From the NCBI GenBank assembly GCA_041651355.1, contig JBAZJK010000001.1, positions 817,489-881,488 on the forward strand: DNA of 64,000 nt, in the 5' to 3' direction. The stretch is from Patescibacteria group bacterium. Its GTDB lineage: Bacteria > Patescibacteriota > Patescibacteriia > Patescibacteriales > UBA12465. Numbering within the stretch: the stretch's first letter is position 1; each line of letters starts with the position of its first letter. The notes below the pieces were generated by a model. The model did no database searches. It saw only the letters and a list, made by a program, of their open reading frames with translations, and had not been told where the DNA came from. Positions 8,814 through 17,804 of this stretch are shown here, piece after piece. Both the position numbers and the translations under genes were made by a program.

Positions 8814-8845
8814 TTAATTATTGTCAAGTATTTGACAATAATTAA
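8814..8845. repeat. 32-bp perfect palindrome (14-bp arms TTAATTATTGTCAA / TTGACAATAATTAA, 4-nt spacer)
   Basis: Every arm position checked by hand. Places TTGACA hexamers back to back on both strands between the two tRNA genes. Confidence 0.8.
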
Positions 8846-8860
8846 CTTTTCCATTAAATG

Positions 8861-8932
8861 TGTCCTCATCAGGAATCGAACCTGAATCTAGAACTTAGGA
8901 GGTTCTCGTTTTATCCATTAAACTATGAGGAC
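8861..8932 (-). tRNA. tRNA-Arg (anticodon CCT)
   Basis: Reverse complement GTCCTCATAGTTTAATGG...TGAGGACA. Anticodon stem AGAAC/GTTCT with loop CTCCTAA. Confidence 0.8.
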
Positions 8933-8997
8933 GAAAATAGGTATCACTATATATAATAAGCTAGAGTTAGTTTTTTTTCAAATCTTAAACCAAGGTT

Positions 8998-9026
8998 TTG
9001 ACAAAAGCTAAAAATTGGCTTAAAAT
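8998..9026 (+). promoter_or_regulatory. sigma70-like promoter (TTGACA-17-TAAAAT)
   Basis: Consensus -35 with 17-nt spacer, about 55 nt upstream of the bactofilin ATG. Confidence 0.55.
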
Positions 9027-9081
9027 TAAGGAGAAAAAGACAATTTTTATATACTCTCGTCATTAATTTAACAATAAAAAT

Positions 9082-9477
9082 ATGTTCAACAAGGATAATA
9101 GGCCAGAAAAATTCAAGGACGCCGAAACTATTATCGGCTCCTCGATTAAGGTAAAGGGTAACTTCCACGGCCAAGGTAATATTATCGTTGAGGGCAGCCT
9201 AGAGGGTTCGCTCAAGACAGAGGCCAACCTATTTATCGGAGATCATGCCAAGATTATAGCCAATATTGAAGCTCAGGAAGCGATTATCAACGGGGAGGTC
9301 AAGGGTAATGTAAAAGTAAAAAAATATTTAGCCATCGGAAAAACCGCCAAGATTTTCGGTGATCTCCAATATGGAGAGCTATCAATTGAACGTGGCGGTA
9401 TCGTAAACGGCCAACTATTGATAAATTCGGAAAACAAGAAGGAGGGAAAAGAAAATAAGGAAGAAATAGAAAAATAA
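9082..9477 (+). CDS. bactofilin (polymer-forming cytoskeletal protein)
   Basis: IIGSSIKVKGNFHGQGNIIVEGSLEGSL...INGEVKGNVKV beta-helical repeat pattern of the DUF583/bactofilin domain, with a K/E-rich tail. Confidence 0.85.
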   Translation: MFNKDNRPEKFKDAETIIGSSIKVKGNFHGQGNIIVEGSLEGSLKTEANLFIGDHAKIIANIEAQEAIINGEVKGNVKVKKYLAIGKTAKIFGDLQYGELSIERGGIVNGQLLINSENKKEGKENKEEIEK

Positions 9478-9508
9478 TTATCATATATAAACCACTCTCT
9501 GCAAAAAT

Positions 9509-10252
9509 ATGTACGTTTATATATACGATGATTATTTAAATAAGAGTAAGTACACCAGAGCTTTAAACAAATTAGAAATTCGTTTGACGGATTTGGGCTT
9601 AAGCGGTAAAATCGTACGCCTAGGAACTATTAAAAATGTTAAAGATCTTATTCAGAACGAAATAAAGACTGGTGCTAAGACGATCGTAGCTGTGGGCAAC
9701 AACAAAACCGTTAACAAAATCATCGGCGCTGTGGTTGATAATTCCCTATACGATTTTTTTCAAAAAAACATTCTATTATTTATAATCCCCATCGGAGATA
9801 ATAATTCGATTGCCGAATCCCTAGGTATTAAGAAAGATGAAGCCTGTGAAACTTTACTAGCTCGAAGGATAAAAAAGATAGATTTGGGCACCGTGGCTAA
9901 TAAATATTTTTTAAACAAGGTTTCCTTAGACAGCCAGGGAAGCGAGATAGAGATAGAAAAGAAATATTCCATAGAACCTGAGACACAAGGACAGATTCAC
10001 ATTGTTAATCTCGCCAATCAACAGGATTTAAACAACGAAATAAAATCTGACCCTCAAGACGGATTCTTAGATTTTTATTACAAACACAAGAACAAAGATT
10101 ATACTTATCTTAAACTAAAAAACCTTAAAATAACCAATAAAAACAAGGTTTTATTACTAGACGACAGCGAAGAGGTCTCATCGCCAGCCGAGGTGGGCAT
10201 ATTAAAAGAAAGGCTTAATTTTATTGTCGGTAAAGATAGAAAATTTGATTAA
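9509..10252 (+). CDS. diacylglycerol/lipid kinase-like protein (YegS/BmrU-type) with degenerate catalytic loop
   Basis: The N-terminal half follows the DAGK_cat layout (IVAVG-NNKT-VNKIIGAV, PIGDNNSIAESLG), but the canonical GGDGT reads GNNKT. Confidence 0.55.
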   Translation: MYVYIYDDYLNKSKYTRALNKLEIRLTDLGLSGKIVRLGTIKNVKDLIQNEIKTGAKTIVAVGNNKTVNKIIGAVVDNSLYDFFQKNILLFIIPIGDNNSIAESLGIKKDEACETLLARRIKKIDLGTVANKYFLNKVSLDSQGSEIEIEKKYSIEPETQGQIHIVNLANQQDLNNEIKSDPQDGFLDFYYKHKNKDYTYLKLKNLKITNKNKVLLLDDSEEVSSPAEVGILKERLNFIVGKDRKFD

Positions 10253-10267
10253 CTAAAATAAAGTAAC

Positions 10268-10298
10268 AAAAAAACAGCCTTAAACAAGCTGTTTTTTT
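10268..10298. terminator. bidirectional intrinsic terminator
   Basis: AAAAAAACAGC-cttaaacaa-GCTGTTTTTTT between convergent genes. Confidence 0.7.
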
Positions 10299-10304
10299 GA
10301 TAGA

Positions 10305-11060
10305 TTATTTTATCAACTCACCCTCAATAACAACCTTATCTTGTGTCTTGGAAATCTTTTTTAAAATTACAAACTGTTGCAAAGCGGTTAACAGGGTAAT
10401 TACCAGCCAATAAAGAGTAAGCCCGCCGGGTAAAGTGGCTCCAATAAAAACCGTCAAAATTGGCATCATATAAGTCATCTGCTTATTCATTATCGCTGTC
10501 ATGCTTTCATCTTTGGTACCACCTATAGATGTTTCGGATGTTGCTTTATTTTTAGCGATCATCATTTTTCCTTGCCAGAACTGAGCGGCCCCAGCTAAAA
10601 TCGCTAAATAAATATTTTTCTCACTTAAATTAATAAAACCAAAAGAGATGGTATTAATTGTTTCTGGTTTAGAGATAAAGGAATAAACTAGGTCTAATTT
10701 GTTATTTAAGCCATCTCGGAACACCTGGTAAACTGCGATTAAAAAGGGTAGCTGAATCAGTATTGGCAAACAAGAAGAAAAAGGATTAATTTTGTGCTCC
10801 TTATACAGAGCCATGGTTGCCCTGGCCTGCTCCTCTTTATTGGTAAATCGTTTTTTTAATTCTTCCAACTTAGGCTGTAACACCTGAAGCTCTTTTTGAG
10901 ATTTAATCGCCTTATTGGTAAGAGGCCACAAGATTAAACGGATTATTATGGTTAATAATATAATTGCCACGCCAATATCGTTAAAGGCGGCTGTATTATA
11001 TAAAAAAACCAATAAACTTAGAATTGGCTGATAAAAAACTATCGTAAAAAAATAAATCAT
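10305..11060 (-). CDS. yidC: membrane protein insertase YidC (short form)
   Basis: ILLTIIIRLILWPL, NPFSSCLPILIQLPF, GLTLYW motifs. Sits in the conserved rpmH-rnpA-yidD-yidC order. Confidence 0.9.
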   Translation of the reverse strand: MIYFFTIVFYQPILSLLVFLYNTAAFNDIGVAIILLTIIIRLILWPLTNKAIKSQKELQVLQPKLEELKKRFTNKEEQARATMALYKEHKINPFSSCLPILIQLPFLIAVYQVFRDGLNNKLDLVYSFISKPETINTISFGFINLSEKNIYLAILAGAAQFWQGKMMIAKNKATSETSIGGTKDESMTAIMNKQMTYMMPILTVFIGATLPGGLTLYWLVITLLTALQQFVILKKISKTQDKVVIEGELIK

Positions 11061-11077
11061 AGCTTTAAAATAATATA

Positions 11078-11335
11078 TTACTTTAGGGGGTCATAGCCGC
11101 CCTTGTTCCAAGGGTTGCAACGCATAACACGCCAAAGCGATTTAAATCCCCCCAAAACCACCCCATACTTTAAGATTGCGGCTTTGCCATATTCTGAACA
11201 ACTCGGATAAAAGCGGCAAAAACCATTAGGATATAGGTGCTTCATTGGTCCATGGTCAAAAGAAAGGCTCTTCTGATAAATATTAATTAACCTCACGACA
11301 AACAAGCGGGGTCCATATTTAAACAATTTCCACAT
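11078..11335 (-). CDS. yidD: membrane protein insertion efficiency factor YidD
   Basis: [19 protein letters not shown] motif, 85 aa. Confidence 0.9.
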   Translation of the reverse strand: MWKLFKYGPRLFVVRLINIYQKSLSFDHGPMKHLYPNGFCRFYPSCSEYGKAAILKYGVVLGGFKSLWRVMRCNPWNKGGYDPLK

Positions 11336-11337
11336 AC

Positions 11338-11679
11338 CTAGTTATACATATTAAGCCTCTTAAGAGACTCTTTAATAAGGATTTTAACTTCTTGAAAATT
11401 TTTTTCTAATATTAGAGGAAAAAAAATAAAAACACAATCGAAACCCTCTTTTAATAAACCACTTTCTCCACTTATAATTTCTCTTACTTGTCTTTTTAGC
11501 TTGTTTCTAACCACGGCCTTTTTACTCACTTTAAGACTTATAATTATACCAAAACGGTTTAAATTTGAATTATTTTTCTTTATTTTTAGCCCAAAAAAAT
11601 CAGAATAGCATGACTTGCCACCTCTAAAAACCGAATCGAAGTCTTTGTTTCTCTGTAATCTTTGTTTTCTGGGCAGCAT
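11338..11679 (-). CDS. rnpA: RNase P protein component
   Basis: 113 aa, basic, with the [15 protein letters not shown] (RNR-like) motif. Positioned between rpmH and yidD. Confidence 0.85.
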   Translation of the reverse strand: MLPRKQRLQRNKDFDSVFRGGKSCYSDFFGLKIKKNNSNLNRFGIIISLKVSKKAVVRNKLKRQVREIISGESGLLKEGFDCVFIFFPLILEKNFQEVKILIKESLKRLNMYN

Positions 11680-11699
11680 TTTATTTATGAGAAGGAATT

Positions 11700-11837
11700 T
11701 TACTTAGACAAAACCGCCCGCCCCCGAGTGCGGCGTCTTTTTAAAACATCCCGTCCATCCTTGGTTTGCATTCTCTTTCTAAAGCCATGTTTTTTAGAGG
11801 CTCTTTTCTTGTTTGGCTGATAAGTTCTTTTTGGCAT
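11700..11837 (-). CDS. rpmH: 50S ribosomal protein L34
   Basis: Not in the ORF track (45 aa). My translation of the reverse strand: [45 protein letters not shown], stop TAA. Confidence 0.9.
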   Translation of the reverse strand: MPKRTYQPNKKRASKKHGFRKRMQTKDGRDVLKRRRTRGRAVLSK

Positions 11838-11956
11838 ATTATTAAAAACCACTAAAAAACGCTTTTCAATGGCTTTAAATTAATTTATATTTTCCATAGA
11901 CACCTTAACACTTAAAGCAAAAAAGGTCAATTATATAAAAATTTCCAAAACTAGTA

Positions 11957-11965
11957 TTATCCACT
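11957..11965 (+). promoter_or_regulatory. DnaA box (TTATCCACT, 8/9 match)
   Basis: Read directly in the rpmH-dnaA intergenic region. Confidence 0.55.
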
Positions 11966-11998
11966 AATTGTTAACACCTTATAAACAAACATCAACCC

Positions 11999-12027
11999 TT
12001 GTGATAATGGTGTTTATTTAATATAAT
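11999..12027 (+). promoter_or_regulatory. candidate dnaA promoter (TTGTGA-17-TATAAT)
   Basis: Perfect -10 with 17-nt spacer, about 48 nt upstream of the dnaA ATG. Confidence 0.45.
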
Positions 12028-12074
12028 ATAGCTACTAATAAGCTCTAATTTTTTCAAAAGAAAAAGATAAAAAT

Positions 12075-13487
12075 ATGACTAATGAACAAATCTGGCAATC
12101 AGTCTTAGGAGAAATGGAAGTCAGTTTATCCAAGGTTAATTTTATCACTTGGTTCAAAGATACTTTTATATCCTCGTTTGAAAACAACCGGGCGATTATT
12201 TGTGTGCCAAATGCTTTTGTAAAAAGATGGTTAGAGGAAAAATATCACCGCAACATACTTAAAGCGATGGAAAATGTCTGCCAACAAAAAATAGAGGGAA
12301 TCATTTATAAAATAGAGCTAAAAAAACCAATGGGCGGTCAAGTCGTTTATTCCACTAATCAAAAGCCTTTGGAGACATCGATTGAAGCCGAAAAAAACCA
12401 TCAATATCCCAACAATGAGAGACAAAATTCTGATTACCAAGTCCAAAATAATGGCCGTTTCGGCTTAAACCCCAAATATATCTTTGAAAATTTTATCGTT
12501 GGCAAAAACAACGAACTGGCCCACGCTGCCTGCAAGGCGGTAGTCAACAGTCTGGGTAAAGCCTATAACCCCTTATTTATCTATGGCGGAGTCGGCCTTG
12601 GTAAAACACATCTCTTGCAAGCCATTGGGAACGAAGCCGCTAAATATACTGATAAAATTCTTTACACCACCAGCGAAAAATTTACAAACAACTATATCCA
12701 GGCAGTCCAAACAGGTAAAGGAAAAGACTTTAAAAACATATATCGTAATGTCGATCTGCTACTAATAGATGATGTCCAGTTTATGGGTGGAAAAGATGGC
12801 ACCCAAGAAGAATTCTTCCACACCTTTAACGAACTACAGCAAGCCGACAAGCAGATAGTCTTAAGCTCTGATCGGGCGCCAAAATCGATACCAGCCATAG
12901 AAAAGAGATTAATATCCCGTTTCGAATCAGGGATGGTGGCCGACATCGGCAGGCCTGACGTTGAAACAAAAATGGCAATATTAGAAAAAAAAGTTAAAGA
13001 AAAGGGCTTTCCCTTAGAAAGAGAAATATTATTATATATAGCTGATAACATCCAAAATAATATCAGAGAACTTGAGGGAGCACTAAACCGAGTTGTCGCC
13101 TCTCACCAATTAAGGGGAATTGAGCCAAGCATCAAAAGTGTTAAGGAATCTTTATCTGACTTTGTCTCCAACATTCAATCAAAATCACTAACACCCAAGG
13201 AAATAATAGAGGCTACCGGAAAATTTTATGATGTTGCTTTTAAAGATTTAATTGGAAATAGCCGTAAAAAGGAACTGGTTTGGCCAAGACAGGTAGCTAT
13301 CTATATTATCAGAGAAGAATTAAACACATCATATCCTAGTATTGGCAACGAATTAGGAGGCAGAGACCACACCACCGCCATGCACGCCTACAACAAAATA
13401 AACAAAGAAATTACCGAAAAGGGAAATGAAAAAATAAAACAAGAAATAAATTCTGTCAAACAACTTTTAAATAATCACACCATTTAA
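12075..13487 (+). CDS. dnaA: chromosomal replication initiator DnaA
   Basis: GGVGLGKTHLL Walker A, LLIDDVQF Walker B, C-terminal HTTAMHAYNKI DNA-binding signature. Confidence 0.97.
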   Translation: MTNEQIWQSVLGEMEVSLSKVNFITWFKDTFISSFENNRAIICVPNAFVKRWLEEKYHRNILKAMENVCQQKIEGIIYKIELKKPMGGQVVYSTNQKPLETSIEAEKNHQYPNNERQNSDYQVQNNGRFGLNPKYIFENFIVGKNNELAHAACKAVVNSLGKAYNPLFIYGGVGLGKTHLLQAIGNEAAKYTDKILYTTSEKFTNNYIQAVQTGKGKDFKNIYRNVDLLLIDDVQFMGGKDGTQEEFFHTFNELQQADKQIVLSSDRAPKSIPAIEKRLISRFESGMVADIGRPDVETKMAILEKKVKEKGFPLEREILLYIADNIQNNIRELEGALNRVVASHQLRGIEPSIKSVKESLSDFVSNIQSKSLTPKEIIEATGKFYDVAFKDLIGNSRKKELVWPRQVAIYIIREELNTSYPSIGNELGGRDHTTAMHAYNKINKEITEKGNEKIKQEINSVKQLLNNHTI

Positions 13488-13664
13488 ACTGTATATAAAG
13501 TGTTAATAAATGGTTAGCAGGTCTTTAATTCCTGTTGACAAAAACGAAGCGGCGCGCGCATTACACAAAAACATCACAAATGATCCAGACTAATTACAGA
13601 GGATATCAACCGTAAAAAATCAAATTATTGCCGTCTTTATTAGCTAAAAAAGAAAAGGCTAAAA

Positions 13665-13673
13665 TTATCCACC
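13665..13673 (+). promoter_or_regulatory. DnaA box (TTATCCACC, 8/9 match)
   Basis: Read directly in the dnaA-dnaN intergenic region, 10 nt before the AT-only tract. Confidence 0.55.
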
Positions 13674-13680
13674 TCCTTAT

Positions 13681-13724
13681 TACTATTATTATATATAATA
13701 TATATAATATATAATTAATTAAAT
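13681..13724. repeat. AT-only tract with tandem ATATATAAT units (candidate DNA unwinding element)
   Basis: 41 of the last 41 nt before the dnaN ATG are A/T. ATATATAAT occurs twice in tandem, followed by a partial third copy. Confidence 0.6.
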
Positions 13725-14855
13725 ATGAAACTAATAAGCTTGCAAGAAAATTTAAAAAGAGGATTAACCCTAGTTTCCCATATTACTAGTAAGAATATTA
13801 ATTTACCAATCTTGAATAACGTTTTAATAAAAGCATCTAAGAATAAAATAGAATTAATAAGCACTAACCTGGAAATAGGGATAATCCATCAAATAAGGGG
13901 CAAGGTTGAGACGGAGGGATCTTTTACGGTTGATGCCAGGGTTATTAATGATTATGTAGGCTTATTACCTAATGATAAGGTTAAGATAGAGGAAAAGGGT
14001 GGAGAGTTGAAGTTGGAGTGTAATAATTACAAGACAAAGATAAAGGGAGAGGCGGCGACGGAATTTCCTTTAATCCCTACAATAAATAAGGATAACGGTT
14101 TTTTGTGCCCGGTTTATGATTTTAGGAAGGCGCTGGGGTCGGTCTCTTTTGCTATTTTAAACAACGAAAGCCGTCCAGAGCTCTCTGGTGTCTTATTTAT
14201 CTTTAATAAAAATAAATTAACTTTAGTGGCCACAGATAGTTATCGCTTGGCGGAAAGAGAAATCTCTGTAAATTCTAATATAAAAACAGAGGATGATATA
14301 AAAATTATCGTTCCCTCTAAAACCATCCAGGAGCTCGGCAGAATATTAGTTGGCTTAGGTGATGGTTTATCAGAAGATGAGGAAGTAAAAAATATAGAAA
14401 TTTATTTATCGGATAACCAGATACTATTTTCTTTAGGTCAAACAGATTTAATTTCCCGCCTTATCAGTGGTAACTACCCAGACTATAAACAAATAATACC
14501 AAACAACATTAAAACAGAGGTTTTGATTGATCGATCAGAAATGTTAAGGGCGGTCAAAGCCTCGGCCATCTTTTCAAAGGCCGGAATAAACGACGTAGCT
14601 CTAGAGTTTAAATCATCTGGAACCATAATCTCAGCCTCTTCTGGGATAAGTGGTGAGAGTAGGATTGAGTTGGAATCCGATAATAAAGGTGATTTAAGTG
14701 AAATTATAATAAATTACAAATATTTAGTTGACGGTCTAACCAATATAAATAGCGAAAAAGTTAAGATCGAGCTGGTTAACAATGCTTCACCGTTTATTTT
14801 AAGGCCAGAGCCTAAAGAGCCATATTTATATATAGTTATGCCTATTAGGCAATAA
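13725..14855 (+). CDS. dnaN: DNA polymerase III beta sliding clamp
   Basis: 376 aa of three-domain length, LVATDSYRLAE motif, immediately downstream of dnaA. Confidence 0.95.
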   Translation: MKLISLQENLKRGLTLVSHITSKNINLPILNNVLIKASKNKIELISTNLEIGIIHQIRGKVETEGSFTVDARVINDYVGLLPNDKVKIEEKGGELKLECNNYKTKIKGEAATEFPLIPTINKDNGFLCPVYDFRKALGSVSFAILNNESRPELSGVLFIFNKNKLTLVATDSYRLAEREISVNSNIKTEDDIKIIVPSKTIQELGRILVGLGDGLSEDEEVKNIEIYLSDNQILFSLGQTDLISRLISGNYPDYKQIIPNNIKTEVLIDRSEMLRAVKASAIFSKAGINDVALEFKSSGTIISASSGISGESRIELESDNKGDLSEIIINYKYLVDGLTNINSEKVKIELVNNASPFILRPEPKEPYLYIVMPIRQ

Positions 14856-14857
14856 AT

Positions 14858-14887
14858 AAAGAACGGGGCGTTTAGCCCCGTTTTTTG
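14858..14887. terminator. bidirectional intrinsic terminator
   Basis: AACGGGGC-gttta-GCCCCGTT followed by TTTT; A-rich upstream. Lies between convergent dnaN and the PBP gene. Confidence 0.8.
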
Positions 14888-14888
14888 T

Positions 14889-17717
14889 TTATTTAATTAC
14901 TAGATTAATCTCGTTACTCCTTTTAATCTCCCCATTCCAATCATATAGTTCTCCGTATAAGGTATAATCCCCTGGTTTCGGACTAGAACCCCAAGAGATT
15001 ATCGTTTCATTATTGTTTAACTCTCGAACAGAAGTAATTAATTCTGGAATATCATTTGCCGGTGTTTTTAGGAGGATATTTGTTTTAGCCACTTGTTTTA
15101 ATCCCTTTATATCAAGAACAATATTTAAAGGAAAATCTATTTGGTTTAGAGCTAGTCCGTTTACGGGTTGTTTTATAGTCAAGCTGGTTTTTTCTGGAAT
15201 TTTATTATTCTTTATCATCAGATTAAAGTTTACCGAACTTTCATTACAATTCTCTACGTCGTCGCAAGCCTTAGCGCTTAGTTTATGATAACCATTGCCC
15301 AGGAAGCTTATATCCCAATTAAGGTTAAATGGTTCTTGTTGAGAGCTGGTGAGAAAATTGTTATTCAAATAATAGTCAACCCGCCTAACTCCGCGCGCTG
15401 ATGAGACATTTACTTGGGCAGATAAGTCTTTATTACTAATAGTCGAGCCGTCATTCGGACTAGTTATGATAATGTTAGGCTTATTTTCTAGGGTGTGGAG
15501 ATTATCGTATTCAGTTGGTGTGTTAGGATCACTGTACTCATTATTCTTTTTTGCCCATTCGATCACGGCTTTTTCCCAAATAGAAAATTGTGGGTCCTGG
15601 TTTGGATCTTTTGGAGCTGCACCTAGGGGGTCGTTCTTATCAACATAAAAAAGTATACAGTGGTGTTCCCTGACATTTTTTGATTCGATTAGTTCCGGGG
15701 GAGTGCTGGAAGTCGCTAGCAGGCCAGAAACTTTATCAATAAGGACGGTTCGGCCAGATTTTATTTCTCCATCTAAAACCGCCTTTCCAGTCTTATCGTT
15801 TTCCGCCTCCTTGAAGCTTTCTTTGGGGCTGTCACCCAAAGCGCTAAGCATGAAGTCGTGCCAGATAGGTGCCGCCAAGACGCTACCATCAGACCCAGTT
15901 TTCATCTTAGAGGCATCATTGTTGCCAACCCAAACGCCAGCTACTAATGACGGAGTATAACCGATTGTCCAAGCATCTTTAAAATCGTTGGTCGTGCCGG
16001 TTTTTGCAGCCACCTGTCTGTCAGGCAGGGTGAGGTAGTTTTTTTCACCAAAGATAAAGGCCCTAGCGGAATTATCAGATAAAACGCTGTTTATAAGGCG
16101 AGCAACCTTAGAACTAATAACCTGTTTATTGCTTGGCTTGTATTCTTCTATAGTTTTACCATCTTTATCTTCTACTTTTAAAATAGCGCTAGTTGGGCTC
16201 ATAACACCATCACGAGCGAAGGCACTAAAAGCGTTGGCATGTTCTAATAATTTTACTTCCGCTCCACCTAAAACCAGGGACAAGCCAAAGCGTTGACGGT
16301 CACCGAGGGTTGTATAGCCCATTACTTCCGCAGTATCAATAACATTATTAACCCCAGCTAAGTATAAAGCCTTGACCGCCGGAATATTAAGGGAACCAGC
16401 TAAAGCCTGTCGGATGCTCACCGGTCCATGCTCCTTGCCATCATAATTGTGAGGCTCATAAGTTTTTCCTGATTCAGTTGAGAAGTTAGTCACTACATCA
16501 TATAAGATGGTATTTGGGGTGTAGCCTTTTTCAAACAGGGTAGCATATACTATTGGTTTTATTGATGAGCCTGGTTGTCGAGAACTGAGGGTAATATTAA
16601 CCTGGCCGTCTATTTCTTCATTAAAATAATCGCGTGAACCGACCATGGCTAGAATTTGGCCTGTTTTTGGGTCGAGGGCGATCAAGGCGGCGTTGGAAGC
16701 ATTGTATTTTTGTTGATAGTTTTCTGTTCTTTTGCTAATAGCTTCTTCGGCAAATTTTTGTTTATCTAAATCAAGGGTAGTTATAATCTTTAAACCGTCT
16801 TGTTCAATCACTTTTTCGCCATACTTTTCTGCTAATAGTTCTTTGACATACATAACAAAATGAGGAGCAATGATGTTGTTGTCAGCAGCTTGGAAGACTA
16901 TTTCTTGCGTTTTTGCCTCATCCCTTTGGGCCTCCGAGATATATCCTTGTTCGGCCATAAGATCTAAGACATAGTCTTTGCGTTTTAACAATAAGCTTTT
17001 ATTGGGTCCGTATGGCGAATATCTGCTTGGAGCCTGGGTTAACGCGGCTAAAATAGCCGCTTCAGCTAAACTGATATCTTGGACTTTCTTGCCAAAATAT
17101 TTTTGGCTGGCGGCCTGGATGCCATAGGCGTTAGAACCATAGGGAATCTCATTGAGATACATTTGTAATATTTCGTCTTTACTGAATTTTTTTTCTATTT
17201 TAACAGAGAGAACCAGCTCTTTGATTTTGCGAGTGAGTTTCTTCTCTGGGCTAAGGATGGCGTTCTTGACGAATTGCTGGGTTAAAGTAGAGCCGCCGGC
17301 TAAGCGCCTATAAACCACATTAGTGACCATGGTGCGGGCAATCGCCCACCAACTTACCCCGCCGTGCTTGTAGAAATTTTTATCTTCAATCGCGATGGTC
17401 GCTTGCTTTACCTGGTCAGGAATCTCGTTTAGAGTAACCAAGGTTCTTTTTTGGTCGCCATGGATTTCATATAATATATTCTCACCGCTACGGTCATAAA
17501 TTTTAGTGCTTTGAGCCACCTCGCGGCTCATTAATTGGTTTGGATTTGGCAGATCCTTACTGAGATAAGAAATATATAATAGAACCACCACTACTGAGAT
17601 CGCAGCGAATTTAAGAATAAAAAAGAATAACCTTTTTTTGAAAGATTTCTTCGGGGCCGTTCGGCCTTGCTTTTCCTTGTTTTTAGTCCAAGTTTTTCTT
17701 AATTGAGGGATGGGCAT
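14889..17717 (-). CDS. bifunctional class A penicillin-binding protein (transglycosylase/transpeptidase) with long C-terminal extension
   Basis: GT51 motifs EDKNFYKHGG and GGSTLTQQ; transpeptidase SSIKP, SLN, KTGT. About 270 extra C-terminal residues look like Ig-like beta domains. Confidence 0.93.
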   Translation of the reverse strand: MPIPQLRKTWTKNKEKQGRTAPKKSFKKRLFFFILKFAAISVVVVLLYISYLSKDLPNPNQLMSREVAQSTKIYDRSGENILYEIHGDQKRTLVTLNEIPDQVKQATIAIEDKNFYKHGGVSWWAIARTMVTNVVYRRLAGGSTLTQQFVKNAILSPEKKLTRKIKELVLSVKIEKKFSKDEILQMYLNEIPYGSNAYGIQAASQKYFGKKVQDISLAEAAILAALTQAPSRYSPYGPNKSLLLKRKDYVLDLMAEQGYISEAQRDEAKTQEIVFQAADNNIIAPHFVMYVKELLAEKYGEKVIEQDGLKIITTLDLDKQKFAEEAISKRTENYQQKYNASNAALIALDPKTGQILAMVGSRDYFNEEIDGQVNITLSSRQPGSSIKPIVYATLFEKGYTPNTILYDVVTNFSTESGKTYEPHNYDGKEHGPVSIRQALAGSLNIPAVKALYLAGVNNVIDTAEVMGYTTLGDRQRFGLSLVLGGAEVKLLEHANAFSAFARDGVMSPTSAILKVEDKDGKTIEEYKPSNKQVISSKVARLINSVLSDNSARAFIFGEKNYLTLPDRQVAAKTGTTNDFKDAWTIGYTPSLVAGVWVGNNDASKMKTGSDGSVLAAPIWHDFMLSALGDSPKESFKEAENDKTGKAVLDGEIKSGRTVLIDKVSGLLATSSTPPELIESKNVREHHCILFYVDKNDPLGAAPKDPNQDPQFSIWEKAVIEWAKKNNEYSDPNTPTEYDNLHTLENKPNIIITSPNDGSTISNKDLSAQVNVSSARGVRRVDYYLNNNFLTSSQQEPFNLNWDISFLGNGYHKLSAKACDDVENCNESSVNFNLMIKNNKIPEKTSLTIKQPVNGLALNQIDFPLNIVLDIKGLKQVAKTNILLKTPANDIPELITSVRELNNNETIISWGSSPKPGDYTLYGELYDWNGEIKRSNEINLVIK

Positions 17718-17804
17718 ATATATTTTTGTCTTTATTATATGTTTATTATAGCAAAAAAAAGTTGTAACTTCTATTTTTAATTTTATCTGCTATTATATAG
17801 ATAT

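Noticed and set aside
8947-9484. Minus-strand ORFs 8947-9174 and 9299-9484
   Set aside because: The first covers the bactofilin promoter and 5' end and the second is antisense to the bactofilin gene. Neither has motifs or signals of its own.
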